Part shown: positions 39,700-53,615 of the stretch, one piece after another
Layout of the letters: every line of letters starts with the position of its first letter
Position numbering within the stretch: position 1 is the first letter of the stretch
NCBI RefSeq assembly: GCF_964355755.1
Contig: NC_092680.1
Coordinates: 6,014,001 to 6,078,000 of the forward strand
Length of the DNA: 64,000 bases
Direction of reading: 5' to 3'
DNA from: Antedon mediterranea
Lineage: Eukaryota > Animalia > Echinodermata
Position numbers and translations under genes: made by a program
Notes under the pieces: model-generated
Told to the model about the DNA's origin: nothing
Databases searched by the model: none
The model's input: only the letters and a program-made list of their open reading frames with translations

Positions 39700-41085
39700 T
39701 ACTGCAACATTCTAGTAGCTCTTTCTTTCCCATCTTTTGCTTATTATTCTTCTTCTTACTTCTTCTACAGATGAGGTTTAGTGTTGTTACTGCAACTTAT
39801 TAGCTCTTTCTTTCCCATCTTTTGCTTATTATTCTTCTTACTTCTTCTACAGATGAGTTTGATAGTGTTGTTGCTGCAACTTCTTAGCTCTTTCTTTCCC
39901 ATCTTTTGCTTATTATTCTTCTTACTTCTTCTACAGATGAGTTTGATAGTGTTGTTGCTGCAACTTCTTAGCTGTTTCTTTCCCATCTTTTGCTTATTTA
40001 TTCTTCTTCTTACTTCTTCTACAGATGAGTTTAATAGTGTTGTTGCTGCAACTTCTTAGCTGTTTCTTTCCCATCTTTTGCGTATTTATTATTCTTCTTG
40101 CTTCTTCTACAGATGAGTTTAATAGTGTTGTTGCTGCAACTTCTTAGCTGGTTCTTCTCCATCTTTGCTTATTCTTTTTCTACAGATGAGTTTGATAGTG
40201 TTGTTGCTGCAACTTCTTAGCTGTTTCTTTCCCATCTTTTGCTTATTTATTCTTCTTCTTACTTCTTCTACAGATGAGGTTAATAGTGTTGTTGCTGCAA
40301 CTTCTTAGCTGTTTCTTTCCCATCTTTTGCTTATTTATTCTTCTTCTTACTTTTTCTACAGATGAGTTTAATAGTGTTGTTACTGCAACTTCTTAGCTGA
40401 TTCTTCTCCATCTTTGCTTATTTTTCTACAGATGAGTTTGATAGTGTTGTTGCTGCAACTTCTTAGCTGGTTCTTCTCCATCTTTGCTTATTTTTCTACA
40501 GATGAGTTTGATAGTGTTGTTGCTGCAACTTCTTTGCTGTTTCTTTCCCATCTTTTGCTTATTCTTCTTCTTCTTACTTCTTCTACAGATGAGGTTTAGT
40601 GTTGTTACTGCAACTTATTAGCTGGTTCTTTTCCATCTTTGCTTATTTTTCTACAGATGAGTTTGATAGTGTTGTTGCTGCAACTTCTTTGCTATTTCTT
40701 TCCCATTTTTGCTTATTAGTCGCGTGGACGCTACTCTATAGTTCACTATGTCGGTCTGTCTGTCGGTCCGGTATCACTATGCGTTTTAGCACGCGACTTA
40801 TGGCTGTTGGCCTTGTTATTCTTCTTAATTTTTCTACAGATGAGGTTAAAAGTGTTGTTACTGCAACTTCTTAGCTGGTTCTTCTCCATCTTTGCTTATT
40901 TTTCTACAGATGAGTTTGATAGTGTTGTTGCTGCAACTTCTTAGCTGTCTGGTCCTTCTCCATCTTTGCTTATTTTTCTACAGATGAGTTTGATATTTGT
41001 AGCTGTTATTTCTTAGCTTTTTCTTTATATACTGCTTATTCTTCTTCTACGGATGAGTTTGATAAGTTTGTTGCTCATCTTAGCT
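39700..41085. repeat. Minisatellite, about 16 units of about 70 bp and 82-89 bp
   Basis: Core ttctacagatgagtttgatagtgttgttgctgcaacttcttagctg, followed by a pyrimidine-rich segment of two length classes. Confidence 0.93.
40716..40817 (+). mobile_element. Non-autonomous Helentron-type element (HINE/DINE-1-like) inserted in the minisatellite
   Basis: Starts ttagtcgcgtg; subterminal inverted repeat agtcgcgtg / cacgcgact; (gtcg/gtct/gtcc) microsatellite; 3' short hairpin ggctgttggcc then ttgtt. Inserted at TT of gcttaTTattctt with no TSD. Confidence 0.7.
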
Positions 41086-44000
41086 ATTTCTTCTCTATTG
41101 CATTGCATATTGAGTTGTTGTTTCTATAGAAAAAAACTGCAGATTTTCACTTAATAAAGTATATAAATAATAACTATTATTTATTTAAAATTTGAAAAAA
41201 GATGTCTTTTACTACACTCTAATACAAAAAATATTATGTTTCGACACCATCAAAGTCACTGTCATTTTTACAACTCACTAAATTGTTATTTATACTAAAT
41301 AAAATCATCTACATATTAGTTAAAGACAAGTTTTTTCAATAAGATACAAACAATATGATATATAATGATTCACAATTTTTAACTTTAACTTAAAATACTT
41401 ACAAATTTAAAATCTGAGATGATCCCCCCTTATAGTTCTTACTACAATATTTTTCTGTATAATTCACTACTGGAGATAAGAATCTGTCCCTTATTGGCCT
41501 CTTGTTCATGTTGGTTGCAGCTATTGTACCTGGGCTAGGAAACGATGATTTGTACAAGTTTCTAAGTTTATCCCCAGCAGTACATACAGTGTGCAATACC
41601 ATTATGGTAATGCAGAGTTTATGTGCGCCACTGTGATAGCCAGAATATTTACATTATTAAATGTTTTAGATTTTGCATTGAATGAATACTATAATGTAAT
41701 TGAAAATATGTTTTAGATTCTGTTTATAAATAATAAATTTGATAAAATTTTAACTTTAAAAGGTTATTCCAGAATTATTATATTATACAGTTATTTTCAG
41801 TCATATATAAATAATATTTTTAGAAATATAAATATAAATTTGAATTGAAAATTTACTCAAATACTTGTTTTACATGTATTATCTGAACAAATATATTGTT
41901 CCCTTTGTATGTCGGTCAACCCCACCCCAACCTCTCCTCCACAAATTCTAATTCCTTCCCTATTGTATTCAATTTCTATATTCTGTAAATCTTCAAACCT
42001 ATAAATGATCAATATATTTTACTACAGTACAATTATACATAATATAAACAAAATTGATAGATCTGGTATTGATTAAAACAATAGTATTTTTAATTTACTT
42101 AGTAATTTTTAAGAACATTACTAAAACAGACTACCACAAGATATATTCATTTCTTATTAATTTTCAAGTTATTAATTACTGAATTATTATTTGTATCTTA
42201 AAGGCCTAATTAACTTTGTCTTTTATGTCTGTCTAATAAATTCATGGACGACAATGCAAATATGACTTAGATATTAATGATTGATTGGAGAAGAAATATT
42301 AAATTATGCATATCATATGATTTTTATAGTAATTTTATATCAATAGGTATATTTAAACATTTTTATTCATTAAATAATACTACTGTATGTAATTGGTATA
42401 TTGATTTATTGTTCTGATTAGCGACTTAGTTTATATTGTGTGTTTATACGTTTAACAAATTGAAACAATGAATGATATATTGTTATTAACTACTAATGAT
42501 TTTTTAAATATTAAATTTAATATTATACCATTAATATTTTATTTTTACTATGAATTTAAGCTCATTTATGGTATTAAAAATCTTTAAAATATTTAAAATG
42601 CATTTATATTATAGATATTAAAATTACTTAATTTTGTAATTTTAACAAATTATATATAATTCTATTTTAGATTAACTTATTCATATTAAAATCAATTACA
42701 TATTTTCCACATTACTGTTAGTTTTTATATCATCAGGATAAAACAGTATGTGCTTTCATGAAACCATACCAAAAACATGAGGCCTGTGTATCTAAATGAA
42801 ATATTAAACGATATTTAATTAGAAGAAGTGATCTGTGTGAAATACTTATTTTTCACAAAAAATTGGTCTAAAGAAATATATTTCTGTTTTGAAATTGTTG
42901 ACTTTTAATGAAATCATTGTCTGAGTTTGGCCTATCTTCAGAACAGTGCAAACTTTTTCTCTGTGGATAATAATGAAGATATACGACCAACTATCAATGA
43001 GAAGGTTGCAATGGAATCTTTGTTGTTTTGGAGTTGTTTATTTTAAAAATAGAAACAAGCTATTTGAGATTTAATATCATTATTTTGGTTCCCCTTAAAC
43101 AAATAGCCTGCCATATATCATGCAATGTATTTGTATGCAAAGAGAGATGCCACAAAACACAATGTAATCCGGATATTCCAGCTCTATTAACCAGGTGCAA
43201 TACATGTATAACATAGAAAAACATCTGAAAAACATATCATAAAAATCAAAGTAAATTTGATACAAAAAGAAATTCAAGCTGATCCCTGAGAGTAATATAG
43301 GATACAAAAAAAACGAATGGAAAAAAAAAACCATGGCATTTATTTTTGAGCATATGTATTTAGAATGTTGTGTTAAGTTAGTTCATAGTTTTGGAAGTGA
43401 GCCAAAAGTGAGACATACGTATCCAGCATGCGACAATGTCATAACCTCATGTAGCGACCCTGTTATGTTATACAAGGCATCATGTGCTAATGTAACAACT
43501 TACCCAGCTACAATAACTTTCTTTGTTGGAGGTCGCACAAGTATTAAATAGTTTGACTTTACTGTATGTTTGCTTAATGTGTTCTTAAATATGTTTCGTT
43601 CTTATCAATGTTTTCGATCTGTTTATTTTTCGGAAATGTACTGCGAATCAAATTAAATAGAAATGTTGTTAATCGTAAGTAAACTATGTTTGTATGTTAG
43701 GATTGTAGGCCAAGTATGTCTAAGGGAAGTTGTACACAACATTGAATGTAAAAGTATGGACAGCGTAACATTGGTGTCTTCATTAACATCGTATGCCTGA
43801 TCTCTTTGTGTTGTTTAGCCTGTAATATGTTATATTCTGTTGTCAATATTCTCGGAAGAGTATGTGTAGGATTGAAACATTGGTTGTTGTAGATAAAGTA
43901 AGTAAAGCATGTTTATTTAGTCATGTACTGTAGGCCAAGTTTTCGGAAGTAATATTGGAAATGCCTGGTAGCATATAATACGGTCCACTAAAATGAAAAA

Positions 44001-45731
44001 TGTTGTTAGGCTTAATCTATTTTAAAGCAATGCTCTGTGATAAGATCTGTAGTGCACGCTATTCGCACCCTTTTTTAACACCGTAGGCCTACATTAGTAT
44101 TACCATGGAGAAATAACTGATTTCTCCATGGTATTACATTTCTTTCCTCAATAACCATGGAGAAAATATGTTGTTTCTCTCCATGATATAACAAAAATGT
44201 AGTACTGAAAGAAATGAACAAATGTTCTATTTGGTCTTTGTTTTTACAATGTATTTACCTTGCTGTATAAAAATGTTGGGCTCCCTTAATAAAGTATTTG
44301 CATCAGATCTTTTTAAACAGTTTCCAACAGATTCTTAGAACACATAAAGAAATAATTGCATACTATTCTATTACACAATTACACATAACTCCCTAAAAAC
44401 ATATTTAAATATTTCTAAATTGAAAAGCAACAGAACATCAAAGTATGTCTTCTAACTATGTTTCTGAAAAAAAAAGAAAGTAATCCAAGTGCTGTAGTTA
44501 AATATTTGCATTTTTGAGTTGTTGTAAGAAATAGAAATTGCCTGAGGAATGTGTAGACTAATTGTGTAAAAGAATGCATTTGAATTGATATAAATTAATT
44601 GTGACAAGTGAACTAATATTTTGAGCACCGTTATGCAAGGATACTCAGATACTATAAAATTTACAGCTTTTAAATGAATTTTTACATTTCCTATGTCTGA
44701 CCTGTCATTTAAACTTTCAACTTTGACATTTTTGCTAATGCTAGGTAGCAAATAAAAAATTGTAATTTATAATAGTTAATTTTACTACAGCCTGCTATTG
44801 TAGTATTGTTAAATTGAACAGCGCACTCTCTTTTTGACCACAATAAAATATATTTTAAATTATAAGAAATAAAAAATCTACTATAATTAAGAAAGTATAT
44901 TATATTTGAATTATTTTAACTACATTTTGATAAAATGTATTTTATTTTTCTACCAGATTTCGGACAGGTTGGTTTAGTTTGATTATGAGATTTTTGATTG
45001 ATACAAGTGAGCTTTTAGAAAGTTTGATACCATAACCAAAAGTCGCAAAAATTGCATCATAGCTTGACCAATGTCTGAAATGTAACTGAACCAATAACCC
45101 TTTAAATAATTATATAAATTATTATAATAAAGAAACCTGCTTTAGCAAGTCTAGCAAATATTATGGAATTTCCGTGCTCAAACCAATCATGCACCTTAGT
45201 ACAGTATCCGTTCTTATGATGAAGTCATAAGGAACTGGTTGTCTACTGGACTCTTTTCTAACAACACCCCTTTCCTGGTGTACCTTACAATGTCCTCCTT
45301 ATATAATTCAGGGAGATGTAAAATAAAGTATAATTGTATAATTTAAAAATATGGCATGATGTGACAAATAATAGCCTTTGTATTAAGCCAAAGAGCATTG
45401 ACTTAGATCGTAAGTGCCACGATTCGTGCAAAACCAATCTAATCTTCATATTTTAATCCATTTTCTAACAATTATAGTTATTCAATGTTCTTTAGAATTG
45501 GCAAGTTATGGGTAATGACTCAAATGATGAATAGAGTATGTTGTCGTAGCAACGCGACTGAGTCATACAAGATGGAGACGTATTGTGGATTTTGTTGTAT
45601 TTCTTTCTGACGACTATAATCCCTTTCTACCCGTGTCAATTACCTTACTATAGACAGGTTTAATCAAGTTTTTATGACCTGTTTTTCTTCCTTGTTAATT
45701 TGCATACTAAAACCAGAAGGCTTTAGTTGGC

Positions 45732-46336
45732 TACTTTATTTTATTCAGCTCATTTCTTCATTTCAACAAATATATTTCATACTATAGATTGCATGCTATG
45801 CCGAGCAAAGATCTTTAGACTTTAGGCCTAAACCAAAAAAATTGTACTTTATTTTTATTCAACTTATTTCTTCATGTCTACAAATATTTGTGGAAGAGAC
45901 ATACTATTACTATACAGTAGATCATGCTAAGCAGAGCAAACATCTTTAGACTTTGGGCATGTACCAACAAAATTGAACTTTATTTTATTCAGCTTATTTC
46001 TTCATGCCAACAAATATATTTGTGGAAAGACATACTATATACATCATGTGCTATACAGAGCAAAAATCTTTATACTTTAGGCATGTACCAACAAAATTTA
46101 AATTTTAAATATTTTATTAAGCTTATTTCTTCATGTCAACAAATATATTTGTGGAAGAGACATACTATAGATCATGTGCTATACAGAGCAAAGATCTTTA
46201 GACTTTAGGCATGTACCAACAAAATAGAACTTTATTTCATTCAACTTATTTCTTCATGTCAACAAATATATTTGTTGAAGAGACATACTATTACTATAGA
46301 TCGTGTGCTATGCAGAGCAAAGATCTTCAGACTTTA
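45732..46336. repeat. Tandem repeat, about 113-130 bp, about 5 copies
   Basis: ttattca(g/a)cttatttcttcatgtcaacaaatatatttgtggaagagacatacta...cagagcaaagatctttagacttt recurs at about 45742, 45855, 45985, 46114 and 46237. Confidence 0.9.
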
Positions 46337-47159
46337 CACCAAAATAATAAAATGGAAATATTAAATCAATTTTAAAATGGAAAAAATGCAATGTATTGAA
46401 TAACCAATATAAACAACAAAGCAAAAAAATTGTCTACAGAATATAATAATAATATAGACAGATCATCAACACACAATGTTTAATTGACATAAATTATAAC
46501 TAGATTTATTTTCTTCCTTTGATAAACTAAGGAAATGACTTTTCTCCATGCTATAGGTGATCTGTCAATACAAATCTACAAAACTATCTGTATTTTGCAT
46601 TTGATACTTTTTCCATACATACCATAGGCATTTATACATTAATATCAATGTTATGCTATTCGTATTCAATTTACTTGCATATAAATGATAACAGAGAATA
46701 ATTAATGTAATTTGAACTGATTTGAGTGGAGATGATGAGGTAACAATGAGAAATATATGATAAATTTGATGAGTATATAAATTGTTATTTGTATACTCAT
46801 TACATTTGTACATTGTCACAATATTAAGCCATGATGTTGGGGTTAAACAAATAGGGCATTTTTTTTTCCAATCAAAATTGTCCCTCACAAAAAAAAAGAT
46901 TTTAAAACAGTTTCTGTGGAAAGATTTTAAATGTAATGCAATCATGGTTCAAATTTGACCTCACCTCAGAAGTAGGTAAAATGAATGGAACACACATGAG
47001 ACTGCTCACTAGATAATAAATGACATTTATATAATATATTTTGTGATAGTTGGGCTGTTATAATATGATTTTTTATTTGTTACAGTAAAAACTAGTTTTG
47101 AAGTTCTTTGAAGTTTTTAAATAGAAACAGACCCTGAAAGTTAAGATAATTTTGCTTTT

Positions 47160-47176
47160 TGACCTTAACTTGAACC
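47160..47176 (-). promoter_or_regulatory. Second DR5 nuclear-receptor element (RARE-like)
   Basis: Plus strand TGACCT taact TGAACC = minus strand GGTTCA agtta AGGTCA. Function unproven. Confidence 0.4.
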
Positions 47177-49866
47177 TAGAGACCTTTGAAATGTCCTAAT
47201 TTTAGAGCACTGTCTGGTGCTCCCGGGTTACCTGGGGTTACCTGCTGAAAAAAAATCACCAATAATATTTAGTTGTTGACTTGTTAAACATTCTTAGTAG
47301 ATAATATGATGCAATATACCCTGTACATGTGGTCAAGGCACACTTCTTGTGGTAAAGTTGCTGGTGAGCCATACTTTTGTGGTCAGTTTTATTGGTCAGT
47401 CTGTTAATGGCTTTTGATAGCTATTTATAGACGAATAACCATTTATAGAAAATCACCTAGTAGTAGTTAGTAGGATAAGATATAATATTATTTGAAATTG
47501 GTATAAATCTGAAATTTTATATTTTAATTACTTTGTTCCACATTTTTTCTTATTGTTGGAAGTATTTCAATAATAACTTTCAGTTGAAAAAACATGACTC
47601 TATCCATCCTTACATATACCCACAGCAATACTTACATTTAAAACATGTGAGCAAAATTGATTTCCCAAGATTCTACTAAATTTAATGCAAAAACACATAG
47701 CCAAGGAATCCAGCTTTCCACTTAATGCCAGCCATAATTTGATGTCAAAATTTTTCTTTTATGAATGCAATTCTAATATAATATCAAGCTAAACAAATGG
47801 TCAAATCCAGTTCAGCAATACATCTAAATTGCTCTTGCATTTTGTACATTTATATATAATTTGTTTTGTGAAGCTTTGAAATTGTATATAATTTTGAATT
47901 TGAATAATTTTTTTTCGATATTAAACTGAATATATTTAAAGTAACAATTTGATTTGAGTTGGTATTTTATTTTGTTCAATCTACTATGCTGAACTATTAT
48001 TTTATTATTATATTATTTCATTGATCATATCATAAATTAATAATAATACCAATCTTGTACTCTAGTCTTATACTATTTGTTAATGTGACATAATTTTTGT
48101 ATATGTTTATACCTTCACCATCTTGGGGGTAATCCTGAATAATTGAAATTTAGTTAAATAATCTAAGCACATTGTTATATTTTTTTTTTTGACTGAATGT
48201 TTTTTTCATTACCTATATTTTTGTAACACCATTATTTCAGTGTTCGACTGCCTTTTTATTTATTTTTTTGTATTTTTATACTAAATAAAAAAATATATAT
48301 AACATAATAAATGAATCAATTTCAATAAAAATATAGACTTAATTATTATTTATTTTTAAACTTTGTTATACTATAGAAACATTTATGCAATTTTGTATGT
48401 GTATTAATTCTTTGTTATATTATACATTATTTTATTTTAAAGAAAATCTATCAATTAAATAACAAAAATTGTATGTATTATTAATACAGTAGCTATCTTT
48501 CAGCTTTATTGAACATACATAATTTAAAAAGTTTCAAATTTGAAGAATGATCATGCCAGAAAATTGTCGCATTTTTATGACTATCGCCACTGAAAAGTAT
48601 GTCTCCACGAAAGGAGGTCACGATCCAAACATAAAAACGATCCTCCGCTAACCAGGTAGCCAATTCTCACTGCACAACTTACGATCTGCATGAAAGAAAT
48701 AAAATTTGAAATGATAATTTTTTCCCCTTTCTTAGTATCATCGAGGGAATGTAACGTGATACGCTGTCTCATTATTACTGTTGGTTTGTTGGTGATTTAG
48801 TTGTTTGAAAATCTTAATTTAGCAAAAAATGTTAGTTGCCAGAATTTAATGGGATACTCTGATTCAAATCCAGTATTTTCTTTTTCGTTATTTCAATTTA
48901 TCTGTCAAATTAATTGATTCAACAAACATTTATTGTAGTTGTTGTAATTGTAGGCATATTAGTGTCCTTTTTAATGTCTTTCTAATCTTTATAAATATTT
49001 TATTTTATTGTATTTGTGCAGTTAAAATAATATACAAATATTTTTTATTAAGTTTTTATTAGTATGTATACATTAAAAGTTTAATTTTGCATTTTGTTTA
49101 TTTTTATTTATGTAGAAAACTGTTTTATTCTTGTATGTTATTTCTGCATATTTGTATTGTAGGGACCCTCATGAGACAAGCTATTGCTTCTAGTGCGGGC
49201 CCTAGTCTGGGCTCCAGACGGAGTTTTGTCTTAATATTAGTAAAAATATAAATATTTTTGCACATATGGCGTTTCATACGTGTATTACTTGAGTTTGGGT
49301 ATTTTCAGACAAAAATCAAAACGACGACGTGGGGAATGACATAAAAAAGACAATTATATACAGACTTGAAGCAAGTCTATGCGGGCCCCAGTTGTTGTCT
49401 AATAACTGAATAAATACATGTATATATGAACTGTTCAATAAATAATTTTTTTTTTCTTGTTAAGTGTATATTACAAAAAATAATATATTTTTAGCTTTAT
49501 ACTGCATATCTCTTTCACTGTGACCTTTTTCATACTTGTTTTTTTATTGAAACACTTAACTGGAAGGCTATAGAATCTAAAAAATACATAGCTCAGTATT
49601 TATTATTTTCCAATAAGTTATATTTATATAATTGCCTTTTAAACAGAAATTGAATATTCATGAGGTTATTAATAAGTTATCTATTAGCCTTGAGATTGGT
49701 ATAAATTGTATATGACATGACATATACCGATATACAGCATCTAGATAGCCTAGAATACTCTGTAGATTGAGTAAAATGGATGTGTTAGCTGTCTAATAAG
49801 AGTTCATGTCGCTTCCGATTCCCAACATTATGAAACATGACAGCTGCCTCGCTGTTCATCATAGAT

Positions 49867-49880
49867 GTTGGCATGGCAAC
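49867..49880. promoter_or_regulatory. RFX X-box-like palindrome
   Basis: GTTGGCATGGCAAC, 13/14 identical to the canonical GTTGCCATGGCAAC. Confidence 0.4.
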
Positions 49881-52800
49881 CAACATCATCTAACATGTCT
49901 TATGGATGTCATGACAACTCGAGAATCCATATTTCTATCATCTTTACAACCTTCCGCTATGATGTTTCATCTCGATAATTTTTAGCCGTCTTCATTCTAA
50001 TCATAGTATTATTCTCGTCAGTGTCACATCATATGCTTGCGTTTCGACGAACATGCGGCAATAACATCAAACTTGTTTTTGGATAATGGGGATTGGTTAG
50101 TGAAAATTTCCAGAAGCTATTTGCAAACTGGTTTGATCGTGGCCGACTTTACACTAACCTGTATATGTTTAATGCTATGCAATCTTTATCTACATCATCA
50201 TTCTAATACTGTCATGTTGGTATTAAGTGAGTCTTACCTTGTATACTGTTTCTTCTAATACTAATGTGGTGCCACATCATAAATAGATAAAGTCGTGAGG
50301 TAATTTCCCTATTGATCGTAATCAAAACGGTACTGGGTATGGTCTACTAGTTTTTCTGCTCCTATCCAGTACATCCATTCATAGAAGCCTTGATGAAGTA
50401 AGCCTACCTGGTGGTAACCATAGAACGGTCCCGAGATAACGACTATACTTCAGCTTTAGTCGATAGAAGATTGAAAAAATTGTTAGAGATAGAATATACA
50501 ATGTTTGATTATGTGTAGATGTGTGATTTGTTCTTTTATTCTAATGATGTTCTGCATAAGGAATTGAAGATAGTAGTTGGGTATAATAATTTGTTATATC
50601 AATTAATTCAATTATCGTAGATTGTATATTATGCGATAAATATTATTTAATAAATTTCTGATATAATATTATTAATTATTATAATATTAATAAAAAGATA
50701 TTTTTTAGTATAAATTTAAAAAATATAGATATAAGGAAGAAGAGCAAAGAGATTATGGAGCGGCGGCTGTACCAGAATATACAATACTAAGTATTGTAAA
50801 ATTAATATACTAAAAAATATAGGCGATCTTGTCAAAGGTCAAGCGCCTTCAGCCTGCCACGTTTCGATATTCAATATTGAAAACTTCAATGTTTTCCACA
50901 AACATACATAAATGTGTACACGGACCAGTACAAGAATGAGAGATTATAATTTAAAGTACTTTCAATTTAAGATATATTTTTTTTGTATAATGTGGTAGTC
51001 TTGAAAAATTGCTATTTTAAAAATTTGACAATAAAGGTATTTATTTATTTATTATTACTGTATTATATTGGCAACAAAGATTTGTTCCACACACCACGAC
51101 TGTTTAGCATATAAGCTTCAGTTTAAAATGTATTTATCTTTTATTTTTTTCAACTTTATTTAGAGGAGGTAACCCTTCCAGCTGAACCCGCAGGCCACCG
51201 GATATATTGTAGGTAAATCAAAATGTACCTCGTTGTTAAAATGACAAAATATAATATAAAATACAATTTAAAAATACATTACATTTAACAAATTACAATA
51301 TTAAAAATATGTTTTTTAAACTTAAATTTTTAAACCATTCTTATTTACATTTTTATTTTGTGAAAAGTGAAATGGTTTATATATTTCTTGGTATTTTATA
51401 TTTTAGTCACGAACGCATACAGTACCTACAGTACATAGATGTCATTATCTTTGTAATAACAAGTTAGTTAGTGTATGTTACTTTTGTAAGTCTCAAAATA
51501 GACATGTAAATTTAACCCAACCAGAAAAACATCAATTGTACAGTAAAATTATACAAAAGCTATTTACATAGGAGATTACAGAAATCAAATCTCATAGGAT
51601 ATGCCAAACAACAGAGGCTAAATTGTTAAATTCACCACAGAATGGTTATAGTTAACCTGTGGCTAGCTTGGACTGTCCTTGATTTTTATAATATCCTAAC
51701 AATATATCAGGTATGTATGTATTATCAAAGTGTGTTGTTTCTTGTTGTTAGCCTTAACAGGAGTCCAAGGTGTGACTGCCTTTGATGTGTGTGTGGTATG
51801 CGTTATTTACCGCAGTTGAGCATTGTTAAGAATTGATTAAACTTGATAAAAACCCCTTTCACTCAAAAGTGTTTGAAATGGTACTTGTTTTATTTAGAAA
51901 AGTGACATAAATGTATGTTAAATGATCTGTATAAAACGAATACGAGAAAAGAAATCATATAGCTAATGAAAATAGTAATTAAAATGTACAGTGTTATAAT
52001 TAATAATAATTATTTGATGGAAACTACACTTATGGAACACAGACACACTTCTTCAAAAAAAGATGCATTTAGAGTATTTTAAGCTAAAATATCATTCAAA
52101 ACTATATGACATAGGAGCAGAAAGGTATTTATGTAAGACCTAAGATAACATTAATAATTCATTTGTTTTCTTAACAGTGCCAGGTATATATAAGACAAAA
52201 TTATAAAAAAACAAGAACAGAAAAATAACCATTCAGACAAATGATTATTCTCCAAAAAGTATATATTTATTTACAGTATAGTACTAAAAGTATTAAAAAA
52301 CTAAAATTTATTTTAAAATTGTAAACATAAATTAAATTAATAATTTTAATATTATTTAGGCTAATTTATTTATACTATTTAAGGTTTTAAAACAAGAATG
52401 CTACACAAATAAACACAAAAATCGACCAAATATATTTTGATTATTTTTAATATCTTATTTGGTTAATAATTTTTTATCATTGTCCTATTCATTTTGCTGT
52501 TCTAAATTCTTTGGTGCATTTGTTAAAAACGTCAATATTATTGTACTGTACTTTTTATGACAAATTTATTGTTCGACCCAGTTAGCTCGAAATTCCTCCC
52601 TTTTTTTCACCAATAAACCTTCTTAATCCTCAACCAATCAGCACACTGTGATTCTTAAGCCTCAATTATGAAAGTTATTTATCTAAATGGATATTGTTAT
52701 CCTCCCTGTTTCAAAATGGAACATTCTAATGTTTTATTGTAGTGTCATAGGAAAGTCAAGGTTATTTTGTTTCACTAATTTTAAAATAAAAAAAGGCTAT

Positions 52801-53615
52801 AATAGCCCAACAAAAAATGCAATGAATGTTTAGGATTTTGTAAATATTTCCTCCAGTTTAATGTGTTTTGTAGTGTGATTATGAAATATGACAATCAATT
52901 ATGTTTTGCATAATCCTTTTATTTAAATGTATAACTACAGAATCCTACAATACGTTATATAATTATAAAATATTTTTAATTTAATTTTTTTTAAATATAA
53001 TGTAAAATTTCACAAGAAACCTATACACAAATAAAATCTGTAATTATTTTAATTTTTGTATTTTTAAGTTTCATAAATTTATTATGTGTAGATATTTAAA
53101 ATTACTTTAAAATATTATCACAGTAATTTCATTTTGTGCATTGTATAATGTAAAATATAATTTTATGTAAATTGACCATAGTACAAATTGTTGATATGAT
53201 ACATAATTTCAGATTATTAGCAGATTATTAAAGTTGGTATAATACTATATTTATTCAAATTAGACTCATCAATTCTTATTGAAAGATAATTTTCACAAAT
53301 TATAAAGGAGATATTAATCACATGATGGGAATAATTAACTGAAGTATTGAACTTGATTCTACCTATCATTAATTTATGAATTATTTTACATATTATGAAT
53401 TAATTTACATAATTGTGATCCATAACATTTTTGTTTGATATTTAGAATTTGTAGAATGTTGTTACGGTGTAGTATTTTCATAGTCTGTGAACTTCTATAA
53501 ATGTTTGATGAGCTGCAAGATTTAGTTTAAATTCATTATATAATGTATACTTCCTCTTTTTCCTCCTTTTCTGTCCTATGTTATTTATACTTATGTTCAT
53601 TATGTAATTGTAACA

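Noticed and set aside
41463-41636. Open plus-strand frame with a hydrophobic stretch (LSLIGLLFMLVAAIVPGLG)
   Set aside because: Short, preceded by a stop with no clear acceptor, and no homology recognised.
20221-49880. Partial matches to conserved miRNAs (let-7 at about 20225, miR-34 at about 21565, miR-1 at about 43742, miR-31 at about 49863)
   Set aside because: Seed regions do not match and there are no precursor-length hairpins.
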